Assembly (NCBI GenBank): GCA_963825935.1
Contig: CAWGUN010000009.1
Span: forward strand, 89,281-153,280
Source: an uncultured Bacteroidales bacterium
GTDB lineage: Bacteria > Bacteroidota > Bacteroidia > Bacteroidales > VadinHA17
DNA: 64,000 nucleotides
Direction of reading: 5' to 3'
Shown: positions 1-9,443 of the stretch, one piece after another
Layout: every line of letters begins with the position of its first letter
Position numbering within the stretch: position 1 is the stretch's first letter
Position numbers and translations under genes: made by a program
The notes under the pieces: generated by a model
Seen by the model: the letters and a program-made list of their open reading frames with translations, nothing else
Told to the model about the DNA's origin: nothing
The model's database searches: none

Positions 1-1259
1 ATATTGTAATCGACATATAATTTATCGGCGATTCCCAGACTATCATTCATTTCAAGACCATGCTCAACGGCAACCACAATCCCTGCAAAAAGTCTGTAAA
101 CATCAGCTGACCCATCCGGTGATCTCAATTCTACCGTTTGTTTTGAAGGCATTTCCTTAAACTCAGTTTTATCGGCAGGATTAGCATCTTTTATCATACT
201 CATGGCGCCGTTCCAACCAAGTGGAACCCTCATCAGCACCGACCTGTTCCTGTCGCCCCAGCAAATATTTGTCGGAGCCTCCTGGTCAGGGACCAGCCGC
301 AGATAAGATGTGGGGATTGTGTTTCCGAACGCGGTCAGAGCTTTTGAGAGGTCAAGAACACCTGCTATCATCTTCCTGGCTGCAATGCTTAACTTTCCAT
401 CTTCCATCATTATGTTCTTTCCATCCTTCTCGAGCATCATATGAATATGCATGCCTGAGCCGGCTTTCCCAACAGTGATTTTGGGCGCAAAGCTCACCTC
501 TGCTCCATATTCAAATCCCAGCATTCTCAGAATCCATTTTGAAATAAGCAGCTGATCTACGGCCTCATCCGGTTCAACAGGGAGAAATTCAATTTCATGT
601 TGTTCAAAATCCAAATCATCTTTGGTGAAACTGCCAACCTCTGAATGTCCGTACTTGATCCGGCACCCTGCTTTGGCACATAATTCAAGTGCCTCGGTTC
701 TCAGATCCTCAAATTTTGAAAATGGCTTTGACTGATGATACCCCTTCTGATCAACAAGTGGATACAAGTCGTCGTGGAAAGACTTTATATAGTACTCCAT
801 CTCACCGAAAGTCCTGAGCCTGAATCCTGTTTTTTTTGTAAACCTGGTGTATGCTTTCCTGAGAATATATTCGGGAGAGCTTTCAAGGGGCTTCCCCTCA
901 TTATTGTAAAATGAACAGAGAATTTCGAGCGAAGGTGTTTCACTAAAGGGATTTAAGAATGCTGTGCGATATTTCGGAACAACGTAAAGGTCACTTGAAC
1001 CCGATTCCATGAAAGAGAAGAGACTCGATCCGTCAACTCTTTCCCCCGCTGTAAGTATTGATTCAAGATGCTCCCTGCTGTGTGGTACAAAATTAAGTGA
1101 TTTAAGTTTCCCGTCTTCAGCAGCGTATCTGAAATTGATCATTGAGATACCCTTGGTTTCAATAAATTTCATGATATCATCTCTTGTGAAGTCAGCTGAA
1201 GGTTTTTGCAGAAACTGAACCAGCTCATTCGGATTCATCAGTATGTCATTACTTTTCAT
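1..1259 (-). CDS. glnA: glutamine synthetase family protein (GSI-like), N-terminal ~420 aa; C-terminus lies beyond the window start
   Basis: My own minus-strand translation from the ATG (complement of 1257..1259) gives MKSNDILMNPNELVQFLQKP... It is open to position 1. It contains GS-type motifs KAGSGMHIHMML and NICWGDRNRSVLMRVP. It is missing from the ORF track because it runs off the window. Confidence 0.8.
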   Translation of the reverse strand, partial: MKSNDILMNPNELVQFLQKPSADFTRDDIMKFIETKGISMINFRYAAEDGKLKSLNFVPHSREHLESILTAGERVDGSSLFSFMESGSSDLYVVPKYRTAFLNPFSETPSLEILCSFYNNEGKPLESSPEYILRKAYTRFTKKTGFRLRTFGEMEYYIKSFHDDLYPLVDQKGYHQSKPFSKFEDLRTEALELCAKAGCRIKYGHSEVGSFTKDDLDFEQHEIEFLPVEPDEAVDQLLISKWILRMLGFEYGAEVSFAPKITVGKAGSGMHIHMMLEKDGKNIMMEDGKLSIAARKMIAGVLDLSKALTAFGNTIPTSYLRLVPDQEAPTNICWGDRNRSVLMRVPLGWNGAMSMIKDANPADKTEFKEMPSKQTVELRSPDGSADVYRLFAGIVVAVEHGLEMNDSLGIADKLYVDYN

Positions 1260-1384
1260 GTGGTTATATTATAATACGACCGGCAAAATTATGCTTTTTA
1301 ACGATAATGATAATGCTAAAAGTCATATTCTCTCCCGGCATCCTGCCTGATTAACCATTTTTCATTATTTTTGATGCACCAAAA

Positions 1385-2695
1385 GTGCAACCGATGTATA
1401 AATGGATAATATTCCCTGTTTTCCTTTTCCTTATTAGCTGTAAAGGACAAAAGCAGGATACCTGGTTTACGAATGAAAAAGCATTATTCTATTTTAAAAA
1501 AATAGAAGTCGCATGTAACGGCGATAATGGCAAACTCTGGGGGAAGAACCTCTATGGTCCGATAATTTTTGTTGATCGTAATGCAAGAAAGATTTTCTCA
1601 AATTTTCCTGATGAGGAAGGATTGCTAAAGGAAAAAGAGGGAGTTTATACCGGCACTTATCCTAAAGAACTTATTGTCAATAACAATCCGGTTTATTTTG
1701 GAGGAACATTATTTGCTTTGGCCCCTCTTCCTAATGAAGAAGACGAATACAGAATCATTACAAGGGCAATACATGGTCTGTTTCATTATTTCCAGGAAAC
1801 AGTCGGATACACTTCTTCGGGCTATAACACCATGAATATGGATGAGAAGAACGCCAGGTTATGGATTAAGCTGGAATGGAACGCCCTGCGAAAAGCTCTC
1901 AATTCTGAAGGGGCAGAACAACAACTGGCCATCCGTGATGCACTTATTTTCAGAGGTTCAAACAGGGAGCTCTATCAGAAATATGCTGCTGATGAAACCA
2001 GGTTCGAAAATTATGAAGGATTGGCCACTTTCACATCAATACTTCTTTCAGTAAATTCGGCTGAAGAGTACAAAACAAGGCTGCTTGAGTACCTTGAAAG
2101 GGTTTATTCAATGCAATCATATGCAAGATCATACGGTTCTGTTCACGGAGCGTTGTATGCAACACTCCTGCATCAGAAAGGATTTGATTTCTCTGTCGTG
2201 AGGTCTGAAAATTTCGATCTTGGTGAAAAAGTAAGAGAGCTTTATAATATTCAGCTTCCAGTGGTCTGCCGCGATGTAGCGGGAAGCCTTGCTTTGAACT
2301 ATGATATTGAAACAATCCGGAGCGAAGAAGCTCAACGCGAGACAGACATAAGGGAGAGAATTCACAGACAGATAAGCATTTTTACCGAAAAACCTGTTGT
2401 ATTTCTTGAGCTCGAAAGTCCCTATTTTGATTTTGAACCTGAGGATATTCATCCCATGGATACTCTCGGTACCCTCTACACCAGGATGCGTGTTTCAGAT
2501 AACTGGGGAAAACTTACAATCGATAATGTAGGATGCCTTGTATCGAGCAATTTTAAATATCTCCGTATTACTGCCAAAGGATTTAAAGCAGATAAAAACC
2601 GTTTCGAAGGTGACGGGTGGACTCTGAACCTTAACAGCGACTGGGAACTTGTACCAGTCGAACAGAACTTTTTTGTAAGGAAGCTGATGCCGTAA
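1385..2695 (+). CDS. hypothetical lipoprotein, no family recognised
   Basis: 436-aa ORF. The N-terminus MYKWIIFPVFLFLISCKGQ has a signal peptide and lipobox (LISC). The real start is probably ATG 1394 rather than GTG 1385. A TAnnTTTG-like box (TATTTTTG) lies at 1366-1373. Confidence 0.6.
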   Translation: MQPMYKWIIFPVFLFLISCKGQKQDTWFTNEKALFYFKKIEVACNGDNGKLWGKNLYGPIIFVDRNARKIFSNFPDEEGLLKEKEGVYTGTYPKELIVNNNPVYFGGTLFALAPLPNEEDEYRIITRAIHGLFHYFQETVGYTSSGYNTMNMDEKNARLWIKLEWNALRKALNSEGAEQQLAIRDALIFRGSNRELYQKYAADETRFENYEGLATFTSILLSVNSAEEYKTRLLEYLERVYSMQSYARSYGSVHGALYATLLHQKGFDFSVVRSENFDLGEKVRELYNIQLPVVCRDVAGSLALNYDIETIRSEEAQRETDIRERIHRQISIFTEKPVVFLELESPYFDFEPEDIHPMDTLGTLYTRMRVSDNWGKLTIDNVGCLVSSNFKYLRITAKGFKADKNRFEGDGWTLNLNSDWELVPVEQNFFVRKLMP

Positions 2696-2776
2696 ACCCC
2701 CTCCCGCTAAAGCGGGAACCCCGCTAAAAGGGGGGCTTTAAACACATTGAATATCTAATAAACTCCTGTATGGTTT

Positions 2777-5428
2777 TCAACCCCCCTTCAGGGGGGCAGG
2801 GGGGTTTAACGTCTTCATCCTTTCCTCGAGAGCTTTTATTTTCACCTCAGCATCACTTTTCTTCTTCTTTTCAAGGTCGATTACAGCAGAAGGAGCATTA
2901 GCTACAAACCGTTCATTATCAAGCTTCTTCATAACCGAAGCAAGAAATCCCCTGTAATAATCAATCTCTTCTTTTATTTTTTTAATCTCAGCCTTTACAT
3001 CAAGCTTGCCTTCAAGTGGAATATAAAACTCGGTTGTCCTGACCATGAAGGAGGCCGCTCCCTCCTGTTTTTCGTTAACAAATCTGATATCAGATAAGTT
3101 ACAAAGCTTAACTATTACAGGAAGAAACTCAGCATCAAAACTCTCTTCTGAAGCACGAATACAGAGATCAAACTTATCTCTGTTTGCAATCTCTCTCTCT
3201 TTCCTTACTGTTCTTATTGCACTGATTGTCTCTTTTGCAAGGTCAGATTTTACAACCAGTTCTTTATTGTATTTTTTTGATACAGGCATGCTGCTTATCA
3301 TAATGCTCTCACCATCTTTTCTTTCTACAAGCAATTGCCATATCTCCTCAGTAATAAATGGCATAAACGGATGCATCAGCCGTAGAAGCTTATCGAAGAG
3401 GATGATTGTTGCATCAAGCGTGGCTTTATCAACTGGCTTTTCATATTCAGGCTTGATTATCTCAAGGTACCAGGCGGAAAATTCATCCCAGAAAAGCTTA
3501 TAAACAGTCATGAGGGCCTCAGAGATCCTGAATTTTCTGAAGTTTGAATCAATTTCCGCAATTCCCTTTTTCAGTGTCTCTTCCATCCATCTGATTGCGA
3601 CAGCTGATGATCCGGGTTGATTAACCTTTTCATCCACCTTCCATCCTTTTACTAGTCTGAATGCATTCCAGATCTTGTTTGCAAAATTTCGTCCCTGTTC
3701 AGGTAATGAGTCATCGTACAAAAGATCATTCCCTGCAGGTGAGCATAAAAGCATTCCTACTCTGACGCCGTCAGCACCATATTTTTCCATAAGGTCGAGT
3801 GGCTCCGGGGAGTTGCCCAGTGATTTCGACATTTTTCTTCTTTGCTGATCACGCACCAGTCCCGTGAGATAAACATTATTAAAGGGTTTCATGCCCCTGT
3901 ACTCATAACCTGCAATGATCATCCTGGCTACCCAGAAGAAAAGTATTTCCGGAGCAGTAATAAGGTCATTAGTAGGGTAATAATACTTTATATCAGGATT
4001 ATCGGGTTTATTTATCCCGTCAAATGAAGTGATCGGCCACAACCAGGAAGAGAACCATGTATCAAGAACATCATCATCCTGCTTCAGGTCACTCTCTTTA
4101 AGTGTCGTTTTGCCGCTCTTTTTCTTTGCCAATGAAACTGCTTCAGTGATATTTTCTGCTACAACAAGCTCATTATTACCATAGTACCATGCGGGTATTC
4201 TTTGACCCCACCATAACTGGCGGCTGATGCACCAGTCATGTACATTCTCCATCCAGTGACGATAAAGGTTTTTAAATTTTGAAGGGTGAAGATGGACCTC
4301 CCCGTTCATTACTGCATCAAGTGCAGGCCGTGATAAATTCTCCATTTTAACGAACCATTGCATTGACAGTTTTGGTTCAATTACAGCATGAGTTCTTTCC
4401 GAACGGCCTATCTTGTTATTATATGGAACAACCTTAACGAGGTTTCCTGTTCGTTTTAATTCTTTTTCGGCCAGATCTTTCGCTTTAAACCTGTCGATAC
4501 CCGCAAACATTGCGGCCCGCGAACTTATTGTTCCGTCATCATTAAAAATATCGATAGTTTCAAGGTTATGTCTTTGACCGATCTCGTAATCATTAATATC
4601 ATGAGCAGGGGTAATCTTCAGGCAACCCGTACCAAATTCCATATCGACATAATTATCGAAAATGAAGGGTACCTCTCTGTTTGCCATCGGTACAATAACC
4701 TTCTTATCTTTTAGATGTTTGTATCTTTCGTCATTAGGATTGGCACAGACAGCAGTATCTCCGAGAATGGTCTCCGGACGGGTGGTTGCCACGGTCACAT
4801 AATCATTCCATCCGACAATTTTGTATCGTACATAATAGAGCTTCGATTGTTCCTCTGTGTAGTTAACCTCTTCATCCGAAACAGCTGTTCTGGCCTGGGG
4901 ATCCCAGTTAACCATCCTCACACCCCGGTAAATGAGACCTTTATTAAAAAGATCTACGAATACTTTGATAACAGAATCATACCTCTCTTTATCCATAGTG
5001 AAGAGAGTTCTCTCCCAGTCGCATGAAGCACCAAGCTTTTTAAGCTGCTCAAGAATTATCCCGCCATGTTTATTTGTCCATTCCCATGCATGTTCCAGAA
5101 ATTTCTCCCTGGAAATATCCCGCTTGTCGATCCCTTCACTTTTAAGCTTTGCCACAACTTTTGCTTCTGTTGCTATTGAAGCATGGTCGGTGCCGGGTAC
5201 CCAGCATGCATTTTTACCTGTCATCCTGGCCCTGCGCACAAGTACATCCTGTATTGTATTATTAAGCATGTGCCCCATATGAAGCACTCCTGTGACGTTT
5301 GGCGGGGGTATAACTATTGTATATGGTTCTCTTTCATCAGGTGTGCTTCTGAAAAAACCATGTTTCATCCAGTAATCGTACCACTTGCTTTCGGTTTTCC
5401 CGGGCTCGTATTTTGAAGGTATTTCCAT
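2777..5428 (-). CDS. valS: valine--tRNA ligase
   Basis: 883 aa. It has class I motifs [13 protein letters not shown] and KMSKS and a C-terminal coiled coil. The last ~9 codons (NPPAPLKGG) are encoded by a C6/G6 hairpin element. Confidence 0.97.
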   Translation of the reverse strand: MEIPSKYEPGKTESKWYDYWMKHGFFRSTPDEREPYTIVIPPPNVTGVLHMGHMLNNTIQDVLVRRARMTGKNACWVPGTDHASIATEAKVVAKLKSEGIDKRDISREKFLEHAWEWTNKHGGIILEQLKKLGASCDWERTLFTMDKERYDSVIKVFVDLFNKGLIYRGVRMVNWDPQARTAVSDEEVNYTEEQSKLYYVRYKIVGWNDYVTVATTRPETILGDTAVCANPNDERYKHLKDKKVIVPMANREVPFIFDNYVDMEFGTGCLKITPAHDINDYEIGQRHNLETIDIFNDDGTISSRAAMFAGIDRFKAKDLAEKELKRTGNLVKVVPYNNKIGRSERTHAVIEPKLSMQWFVKMENLSRPALDAVMNGEVHLHPSKFKNLYRHWMENVHDWCISRQLWWGQRIPAWYYGNNELVVAENITEAVSLAKKKSGKTTLKESDLKQDDDVLDTWFSSWLWPITSFDGINKPDNPDIKYYYPTNDLITAPEILFFWVARMIIAGYEYRGMKPFNNVYLTGLVRDQQRRKMSKSLGNSPEPLDLMEKYGADGVRVGMLLCSPAGNDLLYDDSLPEQGRNFANKIWNAFRLVKGWKVDEKVNQPGSSAVAIRWMEETLKKGIAEIDSNFRKFRISEALMTVYKLFWDEFSAWYLEIIKPEYEKPVDKATLDATIILFDKLLRLMHPFMPFITEEIWQLLVERKDGESIMISSMPVSKKYNKELVVKSDLAKETISAIRTVRKEREIANRDKFDLCIRASEESFDAEFLPVIVKLCNLSDIRFVNEKQEGAASFMVRTTEFYIPLEGKLDVKAEIKKIKEEIDYYRGFLASVMKKLDNERFVANAPSAVIDLEKKKKSDAEVKIKALEERMKTLNPPAPLKGG
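2779..2806 (+). repeat. C6-TTCA-G6-CA-G6TT hairpin element, same architecture as 44514-44544 and 6676-6701
   Basis: Read directly: AACCCCCC(2779-2786) TTCA GGGGGG(2791-2796) CA GGGGGGTT(2799-2806). It overlaps the 3' end of valS. Confidence 0.6.
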
Positions 5429-5509
5429 TCAGGCTTGTTGATTATAAGAGGCTAATTGAAAAGCAAAATTAAAAAAATAAGTTAAATTCGTGGATTCCAT
5501 CTGCCAGCA

Positions 5510-6463
5510 ATGAAATTTACCAGGAAAATATTTATTGTAATTATCATATCGGGAATTATCTTTTCGGTACCCGGATGTAAAAAAGAAGATTCTGAAAAAA
5601 TCCGTAAAGAGGCTCTTGTTCATGCACTTATAAATGACATTAACAGCGACTCACTTGAAGCAAATGTTGTCTGGATGCAAAATTTCGGTACCCGTTTTTC
5701 GCTGTCCGATAGTCATAAAAGCGTTGCTGAAAGGATAAAGAAACGGTTCGTTAAGATGGGCTTTGTCAATGCAGAGCTTGATTCTTTCTATGTATCCAAA
5801 ACTTACAAAAATATCACCTATGAACAATGGCAATACAATGTCATTGCAACAATAGAGGGTACTGATTTTCCCGACTCACTCTGTGTTATCGGGGCACATT
5901 ATGATGATATCGTGAGTTCAGGTGATCCGTTTATCATTGCCCCCGGAGCAAATGATAATGCAAGCGGGGTCTCTTCTGTTTTAGAGATTGCCAGGGTTAT
6001 GAAAAAGCATAACTATGTTCCTGAAAGTACTATCAAATTTATTGCTTTCGGTGCTGAAGAAATCGGACTTCTGGGAAGCAAAGATTTTGCTGCAGATCCG
6101 AATGGATTCACGTCAGAGATCAGGTTCATGCTTAATTTCGATATGGTCGCATATGAGCCCGGAGACAATTCTGCTTCCTGGTATGTAAATATTCTTGATT
6201 ACGATAATTCTCATAACCTCAGGAAGGAAGCTGAACAAATGAGTGTCAGGTATACACTTCTTCAGTATAAAAATGACAATACATACAACAAATCAAGCGA
6301 CAGCTATCCATTTTTCACAAATGGGTATAAAGCTCTCTTCTTTTTCTCCGATAAAGGTGACCCCTATTATCATTCAAACAACGACCTGTCAATAAACTTC
6401 AATTTCGAATACTGTCGCGAAATTGTTAAAATAGGGTGCGCTGTGCTTGCTGATAAAAACTGA
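5510..6463 (+). CDS. M28 family metallopeptidase (aminopeptidase-like), lipoprotein
   Basis: 317 aa. Signal/lipobox is SVPGCKKE. M28-type motifs are GAHYDD, ANDNASG and FGAEEIGLLGS. Confidence 0.8.
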   Translation: MKFTRKIFIVIIISGIIFSVPGCKKEDSEKIRKEALVHALINDINSDSLEANVVWMQNFGTRFSLSDSHKSVAERIKKRFVKMGFVNAELDSFYVSKTYKNITYEQWQYNVIATIEGTDFPDSLCVIGAHYDDIVSSGDPFIIAPGANDNASGVSSVLEIARVMKKHNYVPESTIKFIAFGAEEIGLLGSKDFAADPNGFTSEIRFMLNFDMVAYEPGDNSASWYVNILDYDNSHNLRKEAEQMSVRYTLLQYKNDNTYNKSSDSYPFFTNGYKALFFFSDKGDPYYHSNNDLSINFNFEYCREIVKIGCAVLADKN

Positions 6464-6494
6464 TTTCTAATTATATTCCTGTTAAAAGATGCCA

Positions 6495-6706
6495 GTTACC
6501 CCCTTCCCAGGGAGCTGTGAAAAAGTCAAAATCCATTAACCGCAAAGGTCGCAAAGAATTACGCTAAGATCGCAAAGAGCTGAAATACGTTGCTTTAACT
6601 TTGCGTACTTTGCGCCTGCTTTGAGTGCTTTGCGGTTAAAAAGAACTTTTTCAACATCCCCAGGGTTTTACTTTTCCCCCTTGGGGGAAATTGAAAGGGG
6701 GTAAAA
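6495..6706. repeat. ~210-bp imperfect palindrome built from 4+4 CGCAAAG heptamers
   Basis: A perfect 12-bp inverted repeat joins TTAACCGCAAAG (6536-6547) and CTTTGCGGTTAA (6628-6639). The left arm has CGCAAAG at 6541, 6550 and 6571 plus CGCTAAG at 6562. The right arm has CTTTGCG at 6599, 6608 and 6628 plus CTTTGAG at 6619. The outer arms also pair (GTGAAAAAGTC with GAACTTTTTCAA, and TTACCCCCTT with AAGGGGGTAA). Confidence 0.75.
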
Positions 6707-6784
6707 TAAAGAATTTCTGATTTTATTCTTTCAGTCTCTTTTTCTACTTTTGTTAAGTCCAGATAATCTCTTAAAACAATATAT

Positions 6785-7981
6785 ATGCCATCAATATCAG
6801 AAAGAGGCAAAGCAATGCCGGCATCCCCTATCAGGAAACTTGTCCCATACTCGGAGGAAGCAAAACGGAAAGGAAGAAAAGTTTATCATTTGAACATTGG
6901 TCAGCCTGATATCCCGACCCCTGAGGTTGCACTTAATGCAATACACAATATTGAGCTGAAAGTAATTGAATACAGTCACTCTGCAGGCAATGAATCGTAT
7001 CGCCGGAAACTTGCTGATTATTATTGTAAGATCGGCATAAATATAGATCACACCGAATTGCTCATTACCACCGGTGGGTCTGAAGCAATTCTTTTTTCAT
7101 TGTTAACTTGCTTAAATCCGGGAGATGAAGTAATAACTCCTGAACCCTTCTATGCTAATTATAATGGTTTTGCATCGACAGCCGGTGTGAAAATCATACC
7201 TGTAACCTCTTACATTAAAGATGATTTTGCCCTTCCTCCGATTAAAGAAATAGAAAAAAAGGTCACCCCTAAAACAAAAGCCATTATTGTATGCAATCCC
7301 AATAATCCGACAGGCTACTTATATTCAAAGCAGGAACTTCTTCATCTGAGGGAAATTGTCAAAGAACATGACATTTACCTTCTCTCAGATGAAGCTTACC
7401 GTGAATTTTGCTATGATGGCGCTGACCATTTTTCAGCCATGAAGCTGGAAGGAATTGATGATAATGTAATCATGCTCGACTCGGTATCAAAGCGTTATAG
7501 TGAGTGCGGAGTAAGGATCGGAGCCCTTATTACAAAAAACAAAGAGGTCATTTCAACCGCCCTCAAATATGCACAAGCCCGGCTCTCACCTCCCGGACTG
7601 GGTCAGATTGCCGGAGAAGCCTCCATTGATACTCCCCCGGAATATTTTAAAGAGGTAAATAAAGAATATACCGCCCGCCGGAATTTTATGGTCGACACAC
7701 TTAACAGGATCCCTGGCGTTTATTGCCCTAAGCCAAAAGGAGCATTCTATACCGTGGTCAGGCTTCCTGTGGATGATACAGATAAATTTGCACAATGGCT
7801 CCTCGAAGAGTTCGAATATAAAAATCAGACTGTAATGGTTGCCCCGGCATCAGGCTTCTATTCGACTCCGGGGTTCGGCAAAAATGAAGTCAGGATAGCC
7901 TATGTTCTTAAAATCGATGATCTTAAAAATGCAATGGAAACGCTCGCTGAAGCGTTAAAGGTCTATCCGGGAAGAGTGTGA
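6785..7981 (+). CDS. class I/II PLP-dependent aminotransferase (aspartate/aromatic type)
   Basis: 398 aa. N-terminal SPIRKL...VYHLNIGQPD, a NPNNPTG motif, and SVSKRYSECGVRIG with the PLP lysine context. Confidence 0.85.
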   Translation: MPSISERGKAMPASPIRKLVPYSEEAKRKGRKVYHLNIGQPDIPTPEVALNAIHNIELKVIEYSHSAGNESYRRKLADYYCKIGINIDHTELLITTGGSEAILFSLLTCLNPGDEVITPEPFYANYNGFASTAGVKIIPVTSYIKDDFALPPIKEIEKKVTPKTKAIIVCNPNNPTGYLYSKQELLHLREIVKEHDIYLLSDEAYREFCYDGADHFSAMKLEGIDDNVIMLDSVSKRYSECGVRIGALITKNKEVISTALKYAQARLSPPGLGQIAGEASIDTPPEYFKEVNKEYTARRNFMVDTLNRIPGVYCPKPKGAFYTVVRLPVDDTDKFAQWLLEEFEYKNQTVMVAPASGFYSTPGFGKNEVRIAYVLKIDDLKNAMETLAEALKVYPGRV

Positions 7982-8019
7982 ATCCTGTTTAAGCTGTGGA
8001 TCGTACAAATGCACGATAT

Positions 8020-9186
8020 CTATTTATAGAGCATATATCTCTCCCTGATTTTCCCGAATTTTTCAAGTCCTTCTTTCCATGTTGCCCTTATCTGCTCTGA
8101 AGTCATCCCGCTTTGTATCTGTTCACGTAAAACCGGACCACCGGCAAGTACATCAAAATAAGAAGTAAAGAACTTATCCTTTTCAGGGTAATCCTTGTAT
8201 GCCCCGATGACCCATTCAAGATTAATCATTGGAGATGGCACCAGCTTCTCTCTTAAGGCATTTCTAAGATCAGTACCGAAACATTTCGTTCCGAGGTGAG
8301 GCGGATTCTTTGCTTCAGGAACACTTTCCGGCGTAAAGCTGAAACCACGGTCAGGCAGAAGAGGTGATCCAAAAACCTGGAAAGGGAATGGTGTACCACG
8401 TCCGAGAGAAATCCTTGTTCCTTCAAACCAGCATATAGACGGATAAAGATAAACTGATGTCATGTCTGGCAGATTCGGTGATGGTCTGACCGGAAGCTCA
8501 TAAAGTGATTTATGAGTGTAATTCTTACACTTTATGACCGTCAGATTGCATTTTACACCGTTTTTCAGCCATCCCTCACCGTTTACCATCATTGCATACT
8601 CTCCAATTGTCATGCCTGTAACAACCGGCACTGGATTAAGCCCGACAAATGAGCGATATAAAGTATCGAGAATATTACCGTCATAATAGAAACCGTTGGG
8701 ATTTGGCCTGTCGAGAACAATGCATTTTATACCTTGTTCCGCGCATGCTTCAAGGACATAATGAAGCGTGGAAAGATAGGTGTAGTACCTGACTCCTACA
8801 TCCTGGATATCGAAAATCACAACATCAATTCCTTTAAGGTTTTCGCTAGTAGGTTTGTTTTGTGATCCATAGAGGCTTATAACAGGTACACCTGAAATCG
8901 GATCCTTTCCATCCATTATCCCGACGCCGGCACCCGCAAGGTCGCGGAATCCATGTTCGGGGGCAAATATTACCCTGATATCAATACCCATTCCCTTCAG
9001 GTTATCAACAAGATGCGTCTTTCCTGCCATAGAAGTCTGGTTTGCAACTATTGCAACCGTTTTCCCTTCAATAAGATTCCTGTACTGATCTGTCCTGTTT
9101 GCACCAGGAACCGGGTTCTTTTTGAAAGCATGACAGGAATATGCAGATAGAAGCAGGCTCAGGAACAGAGAGAATATTTTTTTCAT
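8020..9186 (-). CDS. DUF1343 family protein (NamZ/YbbC-like exo-beta-N-acetylmuramidase)
   Basis: 388 aa with a signal peptide. Family-typical motifs are VAIVANQTS, FAPEHGF and FDIQDVGVRYYTY. Confidence 0.78.
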   Translation of the reverse strand: MKKIFSLFLSLLLSAYSCHAFKKNPVPGANRTDQYRNLIEGKTVAIVANQTSMAGKTHLVDNLKGMGIDIRVIFAPEHGFRDLAGAGVGIMDGKDPISGVPVISLYGSQNKPTSENLKGIDVVIFDIQDVGVRYYTYLSTLHYVLEACAEQGIKCIVLDRPNPNGFYYDGNILDTLYRSFVGLNPVPVVTGMTIGEYAMMVNGEGWLKNGVKCNLTVIKCKNYTHKSLYELPVRPSPNLPDMTSVYLYPSICWFEGTRISLGRGTPFPFQVFGSPLLPDRGFSFTPESVPEAKNPPHLGTKCFGTDLRNALREKLVPSPMINLEWVIGAYKDYPEKDKFFTSYFDVLAGGPVLREQIQSGMTSEQIRATWKEGLEKFGKIRERYMLYK

Positions 9187-9264
9187 AAGTTCAATATTGC
9201 CTGTAAATCTACTAAATTTTCATATCTGTGACCCTCTTTTTGATCTTCTTAACCCTTCCCTAAA

Positions 9265-9348
9265 TCCCTTCCCTTAAACAATAAGGGAAGGGACTTATTT
9301 ATCATTATTAGATCATTACTCCCCTTCCCTTAGACTTAAGGGAAGGGG
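9265..9348. repeat. two palindromic repeat units sharing the stem CCCTTCCCTTA/TAAGGGAAGGG
   Basis: Hairpin 1 is TCCCTTCCCTTA(9265-9276)-AACAA-TAAGGGAAGGGA(9282-9293). Hairpin 2 is CCCCTTCCCTTA(9321-9332)-GACT-TAAGGGAAGGGG(9337-9348). Partial copies lie on both sides. Confidence 0.75.
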
Positions 9349-9443
9349 TTGGGGGATGGGTTAAAAAGGACCATCAGAAGGGGCTGGGGAAGGGACTATT
9401 TAAAAGACAGAGAATTTACTAAATTTGACCTGTTATTCATAGG

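Noticed and set aside
2791-2804. G-quadruplex potential of the GGGGGG-CA-GGGGGG tracts.
   Set aside because: Only two G-tracts are present on the strand. Pairing with the adjacent C6 tract explains the sequence better.
3045-3503. 152-aa plus-strand ORF inside valS, with further ORFs at 4715-5416.
   Set aside because: They are antisense to a complete valS with all class I motifs, and no family resemblance was seen.
6595-6810. 71-aa minus-strand ORF.
   Set aside because: It reads through the right arm of the CGCAAAG palindrome and into the aminotransferase start. It is an artefact of repeat sequence.
9265-9348. A possible CRISPR array at the repeated hairpins.
   Set aside because: There are only two full copies. 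The repeats are perfect palindromes of about 28 nt separated by 27 nt of AT-rich DNA in a promoter region, and no cas genes are in the window.
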